64,000 nucleotides of DNA from a virus (lineage: Duplodnaviria > Caudoviricetes). Made by a program: the position numbers and the translations under genes. Positions 1 through 7,860 of the stretch are shown here, in pieces. The DNA lies in IMG/VR virus record IMGVR_UViG_3300042318_001133, positions 15,562 through 79,561 of that record; one strand, given 5' to 3'. Position 1 is the first letter of the stretch. The number at the start of each line of letters is the position of its first letter. A model generated the notes under the pieces. The model saw only the letters and a list, made by a program, of their open reading frames with translations. It had not been told where the DNA came from and searched no databases.

Positions 1-1279
1 AGTAGCTTTGAAATCCTCCTCTTGAAATTACATCAGCCTCTACTTCAATACGCTCCAAATAATCGTCAAGCGTAAAACCTTCTGCTGGAACGATCTTCTC
101 AATAGCACCCTCAATGATGTGCCAAAACAAATCTTCATTACTGCCACAAATAGCAGCTTCATCGGGATTCATTTCATATTGAGGTAAGTGAAGCTTTCCT
201 AATGGAATTTGAAAATTGCAAGATTCTCCAAGAATCTCTAAGTTTTGAAGAGCTTGTTGAAATACCTCGAAAACCCTTTCATCTTCCTCGTGAAATAGGT
301 TTGCAATATCTTGAAATAATTGATCTACGGATTTGAAATACTCTTCATTGGATCCATTTGAACCTCCATTGCCTATTTTATTCAAAAGCGGCTTAATGAC
401 ACAATCCATTTGATCGAGATAATATGCATCTGAGAGAAGTATTGGTTCGATCTTATTCATCCATTTATCGAGATAGTCTCTATGTGCATTTAGAGAGGTA
501 AAGTCTTTCTGAGGCGATGTATATTCAACTGGATTAAATTGACAAAAACATGCATCGAAACTACTTTTTAATTGAGCGATGAGTTTATCTGACAATGGAC
601 ATTCTGGATGAATAACGATTGCAACACCCTCTCCTTTCGTCAGTAACGTATCGACGTCAATACATTTATTTACACTATCAATGTTGATGACTTTATTGAT
701 ATTCAATACATTCTTCCAACCTCTTTTATTCATAGCAAACACACGAACATCTTGGATCTTCTTGTTGTCGTGAAAATCAACAGAGATCGTCTCTCCAAGT
801 ATGGGTTTAATTTTACTCGAATTACATTCCAATTGAAAAGACATAGTTCCTGCTAAAGTGTTGCGTTCGCAAATTGCAAGAGTCTCGTATCCAAGAAAGC
901 GTGCCTTCTTACACCAATCTCGATAATCTCGAGATCCATTTAACAATTCATATTGCCCATGTACACCTAAATGTGTCGTACTGGATAATTCTTGTTTTGC
1001 AGATCCAACGTAGCGTAATGGAATTAGCTCTGGTTCGTGTATATTATTGATTGGAGTGTAGTAATATTGACCTCCAAAGATAAATGCATAGAAGTTGGAA
1101 TCTGATGAATGTGCTTCGTTAAATTCACGAGGCTCTACGATCAAATTAAATGTATCGCCAAAAACACGATCTGTATCAGCCAGTACATAAAATCTACCGA
1201 CACCCTCTATTTCGAAAAGATGATCTGTTATAAAGGTAGCGTCTAACAGATGTACCTCAATCCATTCTTGAATTTTCAT
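1..1279 (-). CDS. dnaE: DNA polymerase III alpha subunit (DnaE-like), N-terminal part with PHP domain; runs off the window edge
   Basis: Not in ORF track. Manual translation from ATG at 1279 (MKIQEWIEVH...) gives HLGVHGQYELLNGS, LAICERNTLAG, PILGE, SDAYY and ends ERIEVEADVISRGGFQSY, matching DnaE PHP and early polymerase motifs. Confidence 0.9.
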   Translation of the reverse strand, partial: MKIQEWIEVHLLDATFITDHLFEIEGVGRFYVLADTDRVFGDTFNLIVEPREFNEAHSSDSNFYAFIFGGQYYYTPINNIHEPELIPLRYVGSAKQELSSTTHLGVHGQYELLNGSRDYRDWCKKARFLGYETLAICERNTLAGTMSFQLECNSSKIKPILGETISVDFHDNKKIQDVRVFAMNKRGWKNVLNINKVINIDSVNKCIDVDTLLTKGEGVAIVIHPECPLSDKLIAQLKSSFDACFCQFNPVEYTSPQKDFTSLNAHRDYLDKWMNKIEPILLSDAYYLDQMDCVIKPLLNKIGNGGSNGSNEEYFKSVDQLFQDIANLFHEEDERVFEVFQQALQNLEILGESCNFQIPLGKLHLPQYEMNPDEAAICGSNEDLFWHIIEGAIEKIVPAEGFTLDDYLERIEVEADVISRGGFQSY

Positions 1280-1281
1280 AT

Positions 1282-1899
1282 TTATTGTATTTGACTGTTA
1301 AATTGACGAACTATCTTAACAAACATTGCCGCTGTAACTTTATGAATACATCCTCGTCTTTGAGTGGGCCTTAGTGTAGTTTTATAGTCACTTTCCTTAA
1401 TAAAAGTTGGTAGCTTGTCTTGAAGATCTTGCTTCGACTCAATGTCGTAAATCACTACAGTACCGTAAACATATACGTGATTGTAGTGTGTCATAGATTC
1501 AAATCGAAATATCGGCTTACTGTTAAGTGAAATTACAAGTCCATATTTCTTCTTCCAGAATCGAAAATCTGGATTGATCGTAGAAAGCTGTTTAATGGTT
1601 TTAGTAAGGATTTGATCAGCCCATACGTGATTGCTGATCTGTAGTCCGGTAAAGTTCTTTGAACTCTTCTTAATACCATCGCCATCAATAGAGGTCAATA
1701 GAGTTCGCAGTTGCGTATCTACCTGTAGTTTAGTGAATGGTTGTGCTATTGAAAATAGCTCTGTAAGTGAATAGAGATCCAAATCACCTATTTTCCGTGA
1801 AGTGAGTATTTCTGAAATAAAGATACGTACTCTTTCGTACGTATCTAATGGTTGATTGGTCTGGAAATGTGATTGAAGAAATTGTTCTAAATTATTCAC
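1282..1899 (-). CDS. hypothetical protein (205 aa)
   Basis: ORF tightly packed between the HTH gene and dnaE; no motif recognised. Confidence 0.7.
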   Translation of the reverse strand: MNNLEQFLQSHFQTNQPLDTYERVRIFISEILTSRKIGDLDLYSLTELFSIAQPFTKLQVDTQLRTLLTSIDGDGIKKSSKNFTGLQISNHVWADQILTKTIKQLSTINPDFRFWKKKYGLVISLNSKPIFRFESMTHYNHVYVYGTVVIYDIESKQDLQDKLPTFIKESDYKTTLRPTQRRGCIHKVTAAMFVKIVRQFNSQIQ

Positions 1900-2389
1900 T
1901 TTTCAGTTTTTTAATTAGTGCAGAAACATAACTTGGATGTGCTCCAATTTGCGTTGCAATATCCTTCGGAGAAGTTACGCCTTGAGCCATTAATGCTGTG
2001 ATTTGATCTTTACGAGAAACTCCCGAATCTGCTACTGTCGATTCAACCTTCACCTCCTTGTTGACCTTTTTCTTTGATGCTTGAAATTTCTTTTTTGCAG
2101 CCTCTTCTTTATCTGACATTGAAGGCTCGTCCGGCAATCGAATTGCAGATGCTGCACTTCCAGGTTTACTCCAACTTTGCTGCAAACTAACCATAGTTGT
2201 TTTGCGCTGTATGTCTGTAGGTTTAGCGTCTCTACGTCGAATGTCGTGCCACAAAGCACTTAATTCCTTAACTGAACTTTTGGATCCGTTTTGGATATGA
2301 ATTATTTCGTAAATCTCTACAAATTCAGGCTTTGACATTGAATGTGCATCGAAAATTACTTGAGGATTTGAACGATCTATGGATTTCAT
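1892..2389 (-). CDS. putative DNA-binding protein with C-terminal HTH
   Basis: C-terminus SRKDQITALMAQGVTSPKDIATQIGAHPSYVSALIK is HTH-like and similar to the neighbour's C-terminus. Confidence 0.6.
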   Translation of the reverse strand: MKSIDRSNPQVIFDAHSMSKPEFVEIYEIIHIQNGSKSSVKELSALWHDIRRRDAKPTDIQRKTTMVSLQQSWSKPGSAASAIRLPDEPSMSDKEEAAKKKFQASKKKVNKEVKVESTVADSGVSRKDQITALMAQGVTSPKDIATQIGAHPSYVSALIKKLKSE

Positions 2390-2400
2390 ACGATTTCAAT

Positions 2401-2431
2401 TAAAATGGAGCCCAACTTACATTAGGCTCCG
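2401..2431 (-). terminator. probable intrinsic terminator
   Basis: Minus strand GGAGCCTAA-tgtaag-TTGGGCTCC followed by ATTTTA, just after the stop of 2438..2911. Confidence 0.6.
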
Positions 2432-2437
2432 TGATTA

Positions 2438-2911
2438 CTATTTTTCGCTTGATAAGATTTTACGATAGCGATCTATCACTCCGTAAGTGAATGAGTAGTG
2501 TGCTCCAATGATACGGTGAATGTCTGCGATCGACATATCTTTCTTCCATAAACGTCTCATCTTCTCACTTTTAGACAATTTAGCGTTATCTAAAATAGCA
2601 CGGTGATGTTCGTTGATAAATACTTCAACATCTCTCTTCACTCTATTGGCAAGTCCTTTCTTTTGTGGAGTTTCGATTACCTCCTCCATCGATTCAACGA
2701 TCGCCTCTGGAGCTTCCGACACAATCTCCTCTTCAATTACTGGCTCAACGATCTCCTCAATTTTATCCAATATCATTTGCTGTAATACAGCCTTAGACGT
2801 TCTTGAAATTGCTGACAGTCCAAGTGAAGTTCCATACTCTCTTAAATCTGTTAAGCCCATTACTTTAACTTCCTCTGAAGTTCTTTTTACGATTGCAGTT
2901 GCAGTTGCCAT
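2438..2911 (-). CDS. putative DNA-binding protein: N-terminal Rho-N/HeH-like motif, acidic linker, C-terminal HTH
   Basis: VMGLTDLREYGTSLGLSAISRTSKAVLQQMI at N-terminus; SKSEKMRRLWKKDMSIADIHRIIGAHYSFTYGV at C-terminus. Confidence 0.55.
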   Translation of the reverse strand: MATATAIVKRTSEEVKVMGLTDLREYGTSLGLSAISRTSKAVLQQMILDKIEEIVEPVIEEEIVSEAPEAIVESMEEVIETPQKKGLANRVKRDVEVFINEHHRAILDNAKLSKSEKMRRLWKKDMSIADIHRIIGAHYSFTYGVIDRYRKILSSEK

Positions 2912-2952
2912 TGTATTTATTTTTAAAAATTAACTATTTCTGTTTCTGATGG

Positions 2953-2983
2953 TAAATATACTATGTATATCTCGACCGACCAA
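2953..2983 (-). promoter_or_regulatory. promoter with palindromic operator (site A)
   Basis: Minus strand TTG-gtcggtc-gAGATATAC-ata-GTATATTTA, i.e. TTG-N20-TATATTTA. Confidence 0.65.
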
Positions 2984-2997
2984 CAAAATAATTATTT

Positions 2998-3813
2998 TTA
3001 TTGGATTAAATTGTTGATCCAATCGATATTCTGCTTAATTAGCGGAAAATGTTTTTCATCGTATGGTAAATTAAAATCTACCTCCAATTGAATTTTGCCA
3101 TTTACAAGTCCTCTTCCAGAGTCATCGAAAGCGATGCCATTAATTGCATGCCAGAATGCTGTAGATGAATCATTTGTATCTGCAACTCCCAACATTCGCA
3201 TCATCATCAACTCTCTTGGATCTGCACATCCTAAATAGTGATGCTTTACTCTTTCATCGATAATTCCTTGCTCCTTTAAATATGCCGTAGCGTATGTTCG
3301 ATTGAATGAGATGTCTTCAGTTCCAGTCTTTGAACAGAATGCATTTGGAATACCCATAATACTCATTCCAATCCATTGCACTTCCTCAAGAGCCGTAAGT
3401 GCTCTATAGCAAGAGATCCATCCCTTCCAGTCTCCTTTTTGAGATTGTGGAACTGCCATCAACTTAACTGAAGGATCGAAGTAGTCGTGATATCTTTTTG
3501 AAAATGCTGTAGTTTGAATTACCGTCTTCTCCCAATGTTCGAATGGATAGTCAGGAGCAACTACAATATCTGGAGTAAATCCTGCACCTCCAATTAAACG
3601 AAACATCTCATCTGCCTCTAATGGTCTTTTGAACTCAAACGCTCCATTGTCTACGATAATGTAATCTCCCTGCTCTTTACGTTTCTTGTAGAAGTCGCAA
3701 TATGCTTTATCTTCCAGTAAATGAGCCAATAGTAAGTGAATAGTAACGTCTTTCGGTACTAAATGTAAATACGCCGTTGGCGCAATAAAACAGTGTTGAA
3801 AATTCTTTTGCAT
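2998..3813 (-). CDS. TGT/DpdA-like guanine transglycosylase-fold protein (divergent)
   Basis: Motif order IIVDNGAFE, VVAPDYP, LMAVPQ, HHYLG, DTNDSST parallels TGT/DpdA motifs (DSGxF, xxD, HxLG, DSxDSS); lies in a folE/queD/queE cluster. Confidence 0.65.
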   Translation of the reverse strand: MQKNFQHCFIAPTAYLHLVPKDVTIHLLLAHLLEDKAYCDFYKKRKEQGDYIIVDNGAFEFKRPLEADEMFRLIGGAGFTPDIVVAPDYPFEHWEKTVIQTTAFSKRYHDYFDPSVKLMAVPQSQKGDWKGWISCYRALTALEEVQWIGMSIMGIPNAFCSKTGTEDISFNRTYATAYLKEQGIIDERVKHHYLGCADPRELMMMRMLGVADTNDSSTAFWHAINGIAFDDSGRGLVNGKIQLEVDFNLPYDEKHFPLIKQNIDWINNLIQ

Positions 3814-3815
3814 TG

Positions 3816-4319
3816 CTATGAATTTAGTTTAATTAATACATTTGGTAGCATTTTGAAAACATGCTCAAGTTTATATAATCCCAGTTCAGCATCCTTTGCT
3901 CGCGCTCTCTCAAAAGAAACGTCATCTTTACGATCCGCTCTGGAATAGAATCGCTCCTTCAAAATCTCTGAAGGTACCTGCAACCAAATAGGTTGAATTG
4001 AAAGATGTATCGATTCACACTCTTCCAGAATAGCATCAAAGATACTTTCTTGACGTATTCCTTCGATGATCACTTTTCTTCCACTTGCAAGGGACTTCTT
4101 CATTTGTGTAATCATTTCAGTTGCAATCATCTGATCAAGATGTGCCGTCTCAGCTAATTTTGATCGCTCAAAGGCGCCCGATATCATCTTTACTACATCG
4201 GATGTAGTAATTTGATCGTGAGTATCTGAGAACGTCTTGCAGAACGTGTTTTTTCCACTGCACAACTCGCCACATACGAAGATGATTTGATTATTCTGTA
4301 ATTTCGGCTCCGTTTTCAT
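3816..4319 (-). CDS. P-loop nucleoside monophosphate kinase-like protein
   Basis: Walker A GELCSGKNT, IIEGIRQ, LID-like ILKERFYSRADRKDD; NMP/dephospho-CoA kinase architecture. Confidence 0.7.
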   Translation of the reverse strand: MKTEPKLQNNQIIFVCGELCSGKNTFCKTFSDTHDQITTSDVVKMISGAFERSKLAETAHLDQMIATEMITQMKKSLASGRKVIIEGIRQESIFDAILEECESIHLSIQPIWLQVPSEILKERFYSRADRKDDVSFERARAKDAELGLYKLEHVFKMLPNVLIKLNS

Positions 4320-4638
4320 TGTCTTCTAATATTGAACAGTAAACTAAATCAAATCGCTGGAATAACTCTCTTGCCAACATTTCACAGCTCATAGCTCCAA
4401 GTAAATACGATCTTAGTTGTAGGTCGAAATACTTACTCAGGTAATCTAAGATGTCGCGCTTAAACATGATAATTTCAACATCACGATCGTCGTGTGTAAC
4501 TCGCTTCTTACAAGTTACGAAAAACTTGTGGCGGTGTAGGTCACTTAAAAAGGCCACCTCAGGCAGCATCTCTTTTGCTGCAGGCCAATTATGAATTCCA
4601 TCGAACTCTAAATTGACGATGATGTTTGTTTTAGACAT
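4291..4638 (-). CDS. QueD-like T-fold paralog, candidate DpdL-type 7-carboxy-7-deazaguanine decarboxylase
   Basis: LSDLHRHKF (LxxxHRHxF) in place of QueD CxxxHGH; HDDRDVEII and SCEMLA; ATG at 4638 (MSKTNII) preferred over track start 4650. Confidence 0.6.
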   Translation of the reverse strand: MSKTNIIVNLEFDGIHNWPAAKEMLPEVAFLSDLHRHKFFVTCKKRVTHDDRDVEIIMFKRDILDYLSKYFDLQLRSYLLGAMSCEMLARELFQRFDLVYCSILEDNENGAEITE

Positions 4639-5773
4639 AGTCGTTTTCAATTAATAATTTATATGCATGTTTAATTACTCTTTGTTTATTTTTAGGATTG
4701 ATTTTAATCTTAATGCCCATCACATCTTCAACTGTATTGCAAATTTCTCTCGCTGTTAATTGCTGCAAATCCCAGAAATCTTCCACAATCGCCTCAGATA
4801 ATGTAGTTGTTGCTTTTTTGAGTGTTGTATACTTACTTTTTGGATTAACTACTGTCAAATAATCTACCTCAACTCCACACAATCTCGACAAACATATTCT
4901 CAAATCACTTGCATGTAAAGATAAGACTGAAGTATAGTCATCGTCACGATATCCTCCAAAGAGAGATAGCGTCACGGGTACGATAATTTGGTGCTCCGAT
5001 TCCATTGCAGCAACCCACGCATAGAAAATCTCTGAACATCTCAACCACTCTTCTGTAGAACACTGATGACCTAACTGATCCCATTCATGAGAATCGGCTC
5101 CATGACACCACACTACGTAATGTACTTCGTTATTCAAAAAAGCTTTCGTCAACTTTACTAAAGCCTTAGTAAAATCTTTCAAATAAGCTGCATGAGATCC
5201 TTGCGGATTGATATTGAAGGGAATTGCTTCACGTAGATCGGAAACAAACCTTTTCGAGTCTTCAATACTGTTTCCGAAGTGGCCGTCTAAATCTAAAAAA
5301 GCAGCCTTGTTGCCAGTCTCTCTATAAATTTTAGTCGCAGCAATAACTTGACCAGAAAAAGTACAAAAACCAGAACCTTGATCAGGTTTTGCGTGATGAA
5401 AGCCTGAAGTTGGACTGAATGTAATTGTCGAAGGTCTCTCTATTGCAGACAGCATCGCTTCATACAGACTTGCATTTGTGTACGTCAAACTATCAACCAA
5501 AGACAGACTCCATGGAAGTCCATTAGATTTATATTGACCTACACCAGTGAATACATCTTTAACATATCGTTTCGTATGAGCAATCTGAAAGTCTCGAGGA
5601 GTAAATGGCTCGAATGTATCGTTAATGGTAAGAAATTCACCAAATCCATTGTCGCGTAGATATTGCATCAATAGCGCTGGCTTCATTGGCGATTTCGAAT
5701 ACGACTTCTCACGAATATCGTTAGTACAGACTTGCTTTGGCGTATAAAACACCTCTATCTTGCGCGCTCTCAT
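4631..5773 (-). CDS. histone deacetylase/AcuC-family Zn-dependent amidohydrolase
   Basis: SGFHHA, GSGFCTFS, LDLDGHFGNS, HGADSHEWDQLG, LFGGY; likely start ATG at 5773 (MRARKIEV). Confidence 0.85.
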   Translation of the reverse strand: MRARKIEVFYTPKQVCTNDIREKSYSKSPMKPALLMQYLRDNGFGEFLTINDTFEPFTPRDFQIAHTKRYVKDVFTGVGQYKSNGLPWSLSLVDSLTYTNASLYEAMLSAIERPSTITFSPTSGFHHAKPDQGSGFCTFSGQVIAATKIYRETGNKAAFLDLDGHFGNSIEDSKRFVSDLREAIPFNINPQGSHAAYLKDFTKALVKLTKAFLNNEVHYVVWCHGADSHEWDQLGHQCSTEEWLRCSEIFYAWVAAMESEHQIIVPVTLSLFGGYRDDDYTSVLSLHASDLRICLSRLCGVEVDYLTVVNPKSKYTTLKKATTTLSEAIVEDFWDLQQLTAREICNTVEDVMGIKIKINPKNKQRVIKHAYKLLIENDYV

Positions 5774-5774
5774 A

Positions 5775-5972
5775 TTAGTTAAAGTAATATAAAAGTGAAA
5801 TACCAATTACTGTGAAGATTGCAGCATATACCAGTGTACGTCTGAAGGGTCTCATCAAATCTTCAATATCTTCAGATGGGCCCATTTTCTTGAAGCACCA
5901 AATAGTATCTATTATACAAGTAACAATGAAGGTTGCCAGTGTTACGATCATTACGATTGCGTTTGTTTCCAT
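5775..5972 (-). CDS. small two-TM membrane protein (65 aa)
   Basis: Two hydrophobic stretches; first gene downstream of the site B promoter. Confidence 0.55.
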   Translation of the reverse strand: METNAIVMIVTLATFIVTCIIDTIWCFKKMGPSEDIEDLMRPFRRTLVYAAIFTVIGISLLYYFN

Positions 5973-6018
5973 GTTTACGATTTTAATAATTTGTTTCGAT
6001 AAAGATACACCAACAAAT

Positions 6019-6039
6019 TAGATATACAACGTATATCTT
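6019..6039 (-). promoter_or_regulatory. promoter/operator site B (perfect 8-3-8 palindrome)
   Basis: AGATATAC-aac-GTATATCT at 6020..6038; a second TATCTTTA element lies just downstream on the minus strand. Confidence 0.65.
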
Positions 6040-6053
6040 TTAAAATGTGAGAA

Positions 6054-6100
6054 TAAAAAACCTCCCATAACTATTTTACCAGTATTTCGGGAGGTTTTTA
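6054..6100 (-). terminator. intrinsic terminator, possibly bidirectional
   Basis: AAAAACCTCCC ... GGGAGGTTTTT inverted repeat with A/T tracts on both sides, after the stop of 6108..6620. Confidence 0.7.
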
Positions 6101-6107
6101 AATGGAA

Positions 6108-6620
6108 TTATTTTATATCTTTTTCACCCTGGAACTGTCCTGCATACTCTTCCGACAATTGAGTTTCTGCCATTAAGATCTGAGCAACGCGAGATCCGTA
6201 TTCGATAGTTACAGTATTGTGAACTACCATTACTGCACCCATGAATTCAGTCTTAAATCCTGGATCGTAAACTGCGCTTTTAATTTCTACCCCCATTCTC
6301 AATAGCGAAGATCTATGTACGATCTCCGCTTTGATGTTATTCGGCAGACTGCAACCCTGATGAAATGTAATTGAATATACTCCTGGAGCAAGCGCCCACA
6401 GCTTCTCTTTTTCGTTATGAGGATTAATCATAAGAGGAACAGGAATGTATGCGGATTGATCGATATCCGATCCGCTTTGCGTTAGTTTGTGATTACCTGA
6501 GCAGATCTGCTTAACTTGATGTAGTGTTAAGTCATATCCAACTTGAGCGGCTTTTCCAAAGTGTTTAAATTGATCATTGAATACTAAAATTGATTCAATA
6601 TTTGCTGCATTAAGATACAT
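6108..6620 (-). CDS. trimeric dUTPase/dCTP deaminase-fold protein (archaeal dUTPase-like)
   Basis: GYDLTL, HRSSLLRMG, AVYDPGF, C-terminal YAGQFQGE; the deaminase Glu position appears to be non-acidic (GAVMVVHN). Confidence 0.75.
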   Translation of the reverse strand: MYLNAANIESILVFNDQFKHFGKAAQVGYDLTLHQVKQICSGNHKLTQSGSDIDQSAYIPVPLMINPHNEKEKLWALAPGVYSITFHQGCSLPNNIKAEIVHRSSLLRMGVEIKSAVYDPGFKTEFMGAVMVVHNTVTIEYGSRVAQILMAETQLSEEYAGQFQGEKDIK

Positions 6621-6644
6621 AAAACGATTCTTTAAAGTGAATTA

Positions 6645-6665
6645 TAAATATATGAAGTATATCTT
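6645..6665 (-). promoter_or_regulatory. promoter/operator site C
   Basis: Minus strand aAGATATAC-ttc-ATATATTTA, 24 nt upstream of the 6620 start. Confidence 0.6.
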
Positions 6666-6669
6666 TATT

Positions 6670-7185
6670 TTAATCTTTATCAACCCTATAGATAGAAGGA
6701 ATGTTGCGATTATAAAGGGCGTTATCTAATCCATATCCATATACCCAATCATTCTTATCTGCATTGAATACGAAGAAGTCTGGAGGCATAATTGTCGGAT
6801 CATCTCGACGAATTAATGTGCATGTAGCAATCGATGCCGGGATAGAGTTCTCGTTGATTTTTTCAATGATCTTCAACATCGTTCCTCCCGTGTCATAGAT
6901 ATCATCTACAATGATAACGTGCTGATTATTTAGATCAAGATCCCATAACTTTGTAAAGAACACATTTCCGGCCTTTTTATCTTTGCCGTAACTTGAGCAG
7001 CCTACGAAGTCGATCTTCATATCAATATGAATGTGTCGCATTAGATCTGCCATAAAAATGACAGCACCATTCAACACTCCCAACATAACAATTTCTTTTC
7101 CTTCGTAGGCAATATTAATTGCCTGAGCAACTTCAACGACAGCAGACTGAATCTCGTCTGTCGTTCTCCATTCAGAACACTTCAT
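6670..7185 (-). CDS. hpt: hypoxanthine-guanine phosphoribosyltransferase-like protein
   Basis: GVLNGAVIFMADL, SSYG, PRPP loop IIVDDIYDTGGT, WVYGYGLD, RNIP. Confidence 0.9.
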   Translation of the reverse strand: MKCSEWRTTDEIQSAVVEVAQAINIAYEGKEIVMLGVLNGAVIFMADLMRHIHIDMKIDFVGCSSYGKDKKAGNVFFTKLWDLDLNNQHVIIVDDIYDTGGTMLKIIEKINENSIPASIATCTLIRRDDPTIMPPDFFVFNADKNDWVYGYGLDNALYNRNIPSIYRVDKD

Positions 7186-7186
7186 A

Positions 7187-7819
7187 TTACTTCAAATCAG
7201 CAATGAAGCGATAGAATTCATGTCTCGTACCAATCTCATTTGTAAAGAATAGTCCAGACAATTTAGCAGTCTTCATTGTAGAATCATGTCGAACACCTCT
7301 ACATGAAGCACAAGTATGTTTTGCTTCAATCATGACAGCGATACCTAAAGCGTCAGGAACTAAATCCTTCAAATAATTATGTATTTGTTGTGTCAAGTTT
7401 TCTTGAACTTGAGGACGTCTTGAGAAGTAGTTTACTACACGATTCAATTTAGATAAGCCAATTACTTTTCCGTTTGGATTGGGAATGTATGCTACGTGAG
7501 CTTTTCCCGTAAATGCTAAGTGATGGTGTGAACACATACTTACCATTTCAATGTCTCCTTGGAATACAATTCCGTCGTAATTGTCCGTATTTTCAAATGA
7601 AGTGATTTTCGGTGGAGCTTGGAAGCATCCTTCGGCTAAATCATTTACCCACGCCTTTGCTACTCTGTTTGGAGTATCTGACGAGTGTGGATCGTTTTTA
7701 AAATCAAATCCTAAAGCTTTCATGAACTCTGCATAAGCTACTGCAGCTTTAGCGATCATTTCTGCTTTTTCTTCTTTAGTTCTTTCAATAGAACCATTTG
7801 CGCGTGTTAGCATTTCCAT
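7187..7819 (-). CDS. folE: GTP cyclohydrolase I
   Basis: [44 protein letters not shown]; real start likely MEMLTR at 7819 rather than track start 7948. Confidence 0.95.
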   Translation of the reverse strand: MEMLTRANGSIERTKEEKAEMIAKAAVAYAEFMKALGFDFKNDPHSSDTPNRVAKAWVNDLAEGCFQAPPKITSFENTDNYDGIVFQGDIEMVSMCSHHHLAFTGKAHVAYIPNPNGKVIGLSKLNRVVNYFSRRPQVQENLTQQIHNYLKDLVPDALGIAVMIEAKHTCASCRGVRHDSTMKTAKLSGLFFTNEIGTRHEFYRFIADLK

Positions 7820-7860
7820 TATTACAATTTTAAGAATTACAAAATTACTACTTGAAAGGA

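Noticed and set aside
6108-6620. Calling this gene dcd (dCTP deaminase)
   Set aside because: The catalytic Glu position appears to be absent, so it is left as a dUTPase-fold protein of unknown specificity
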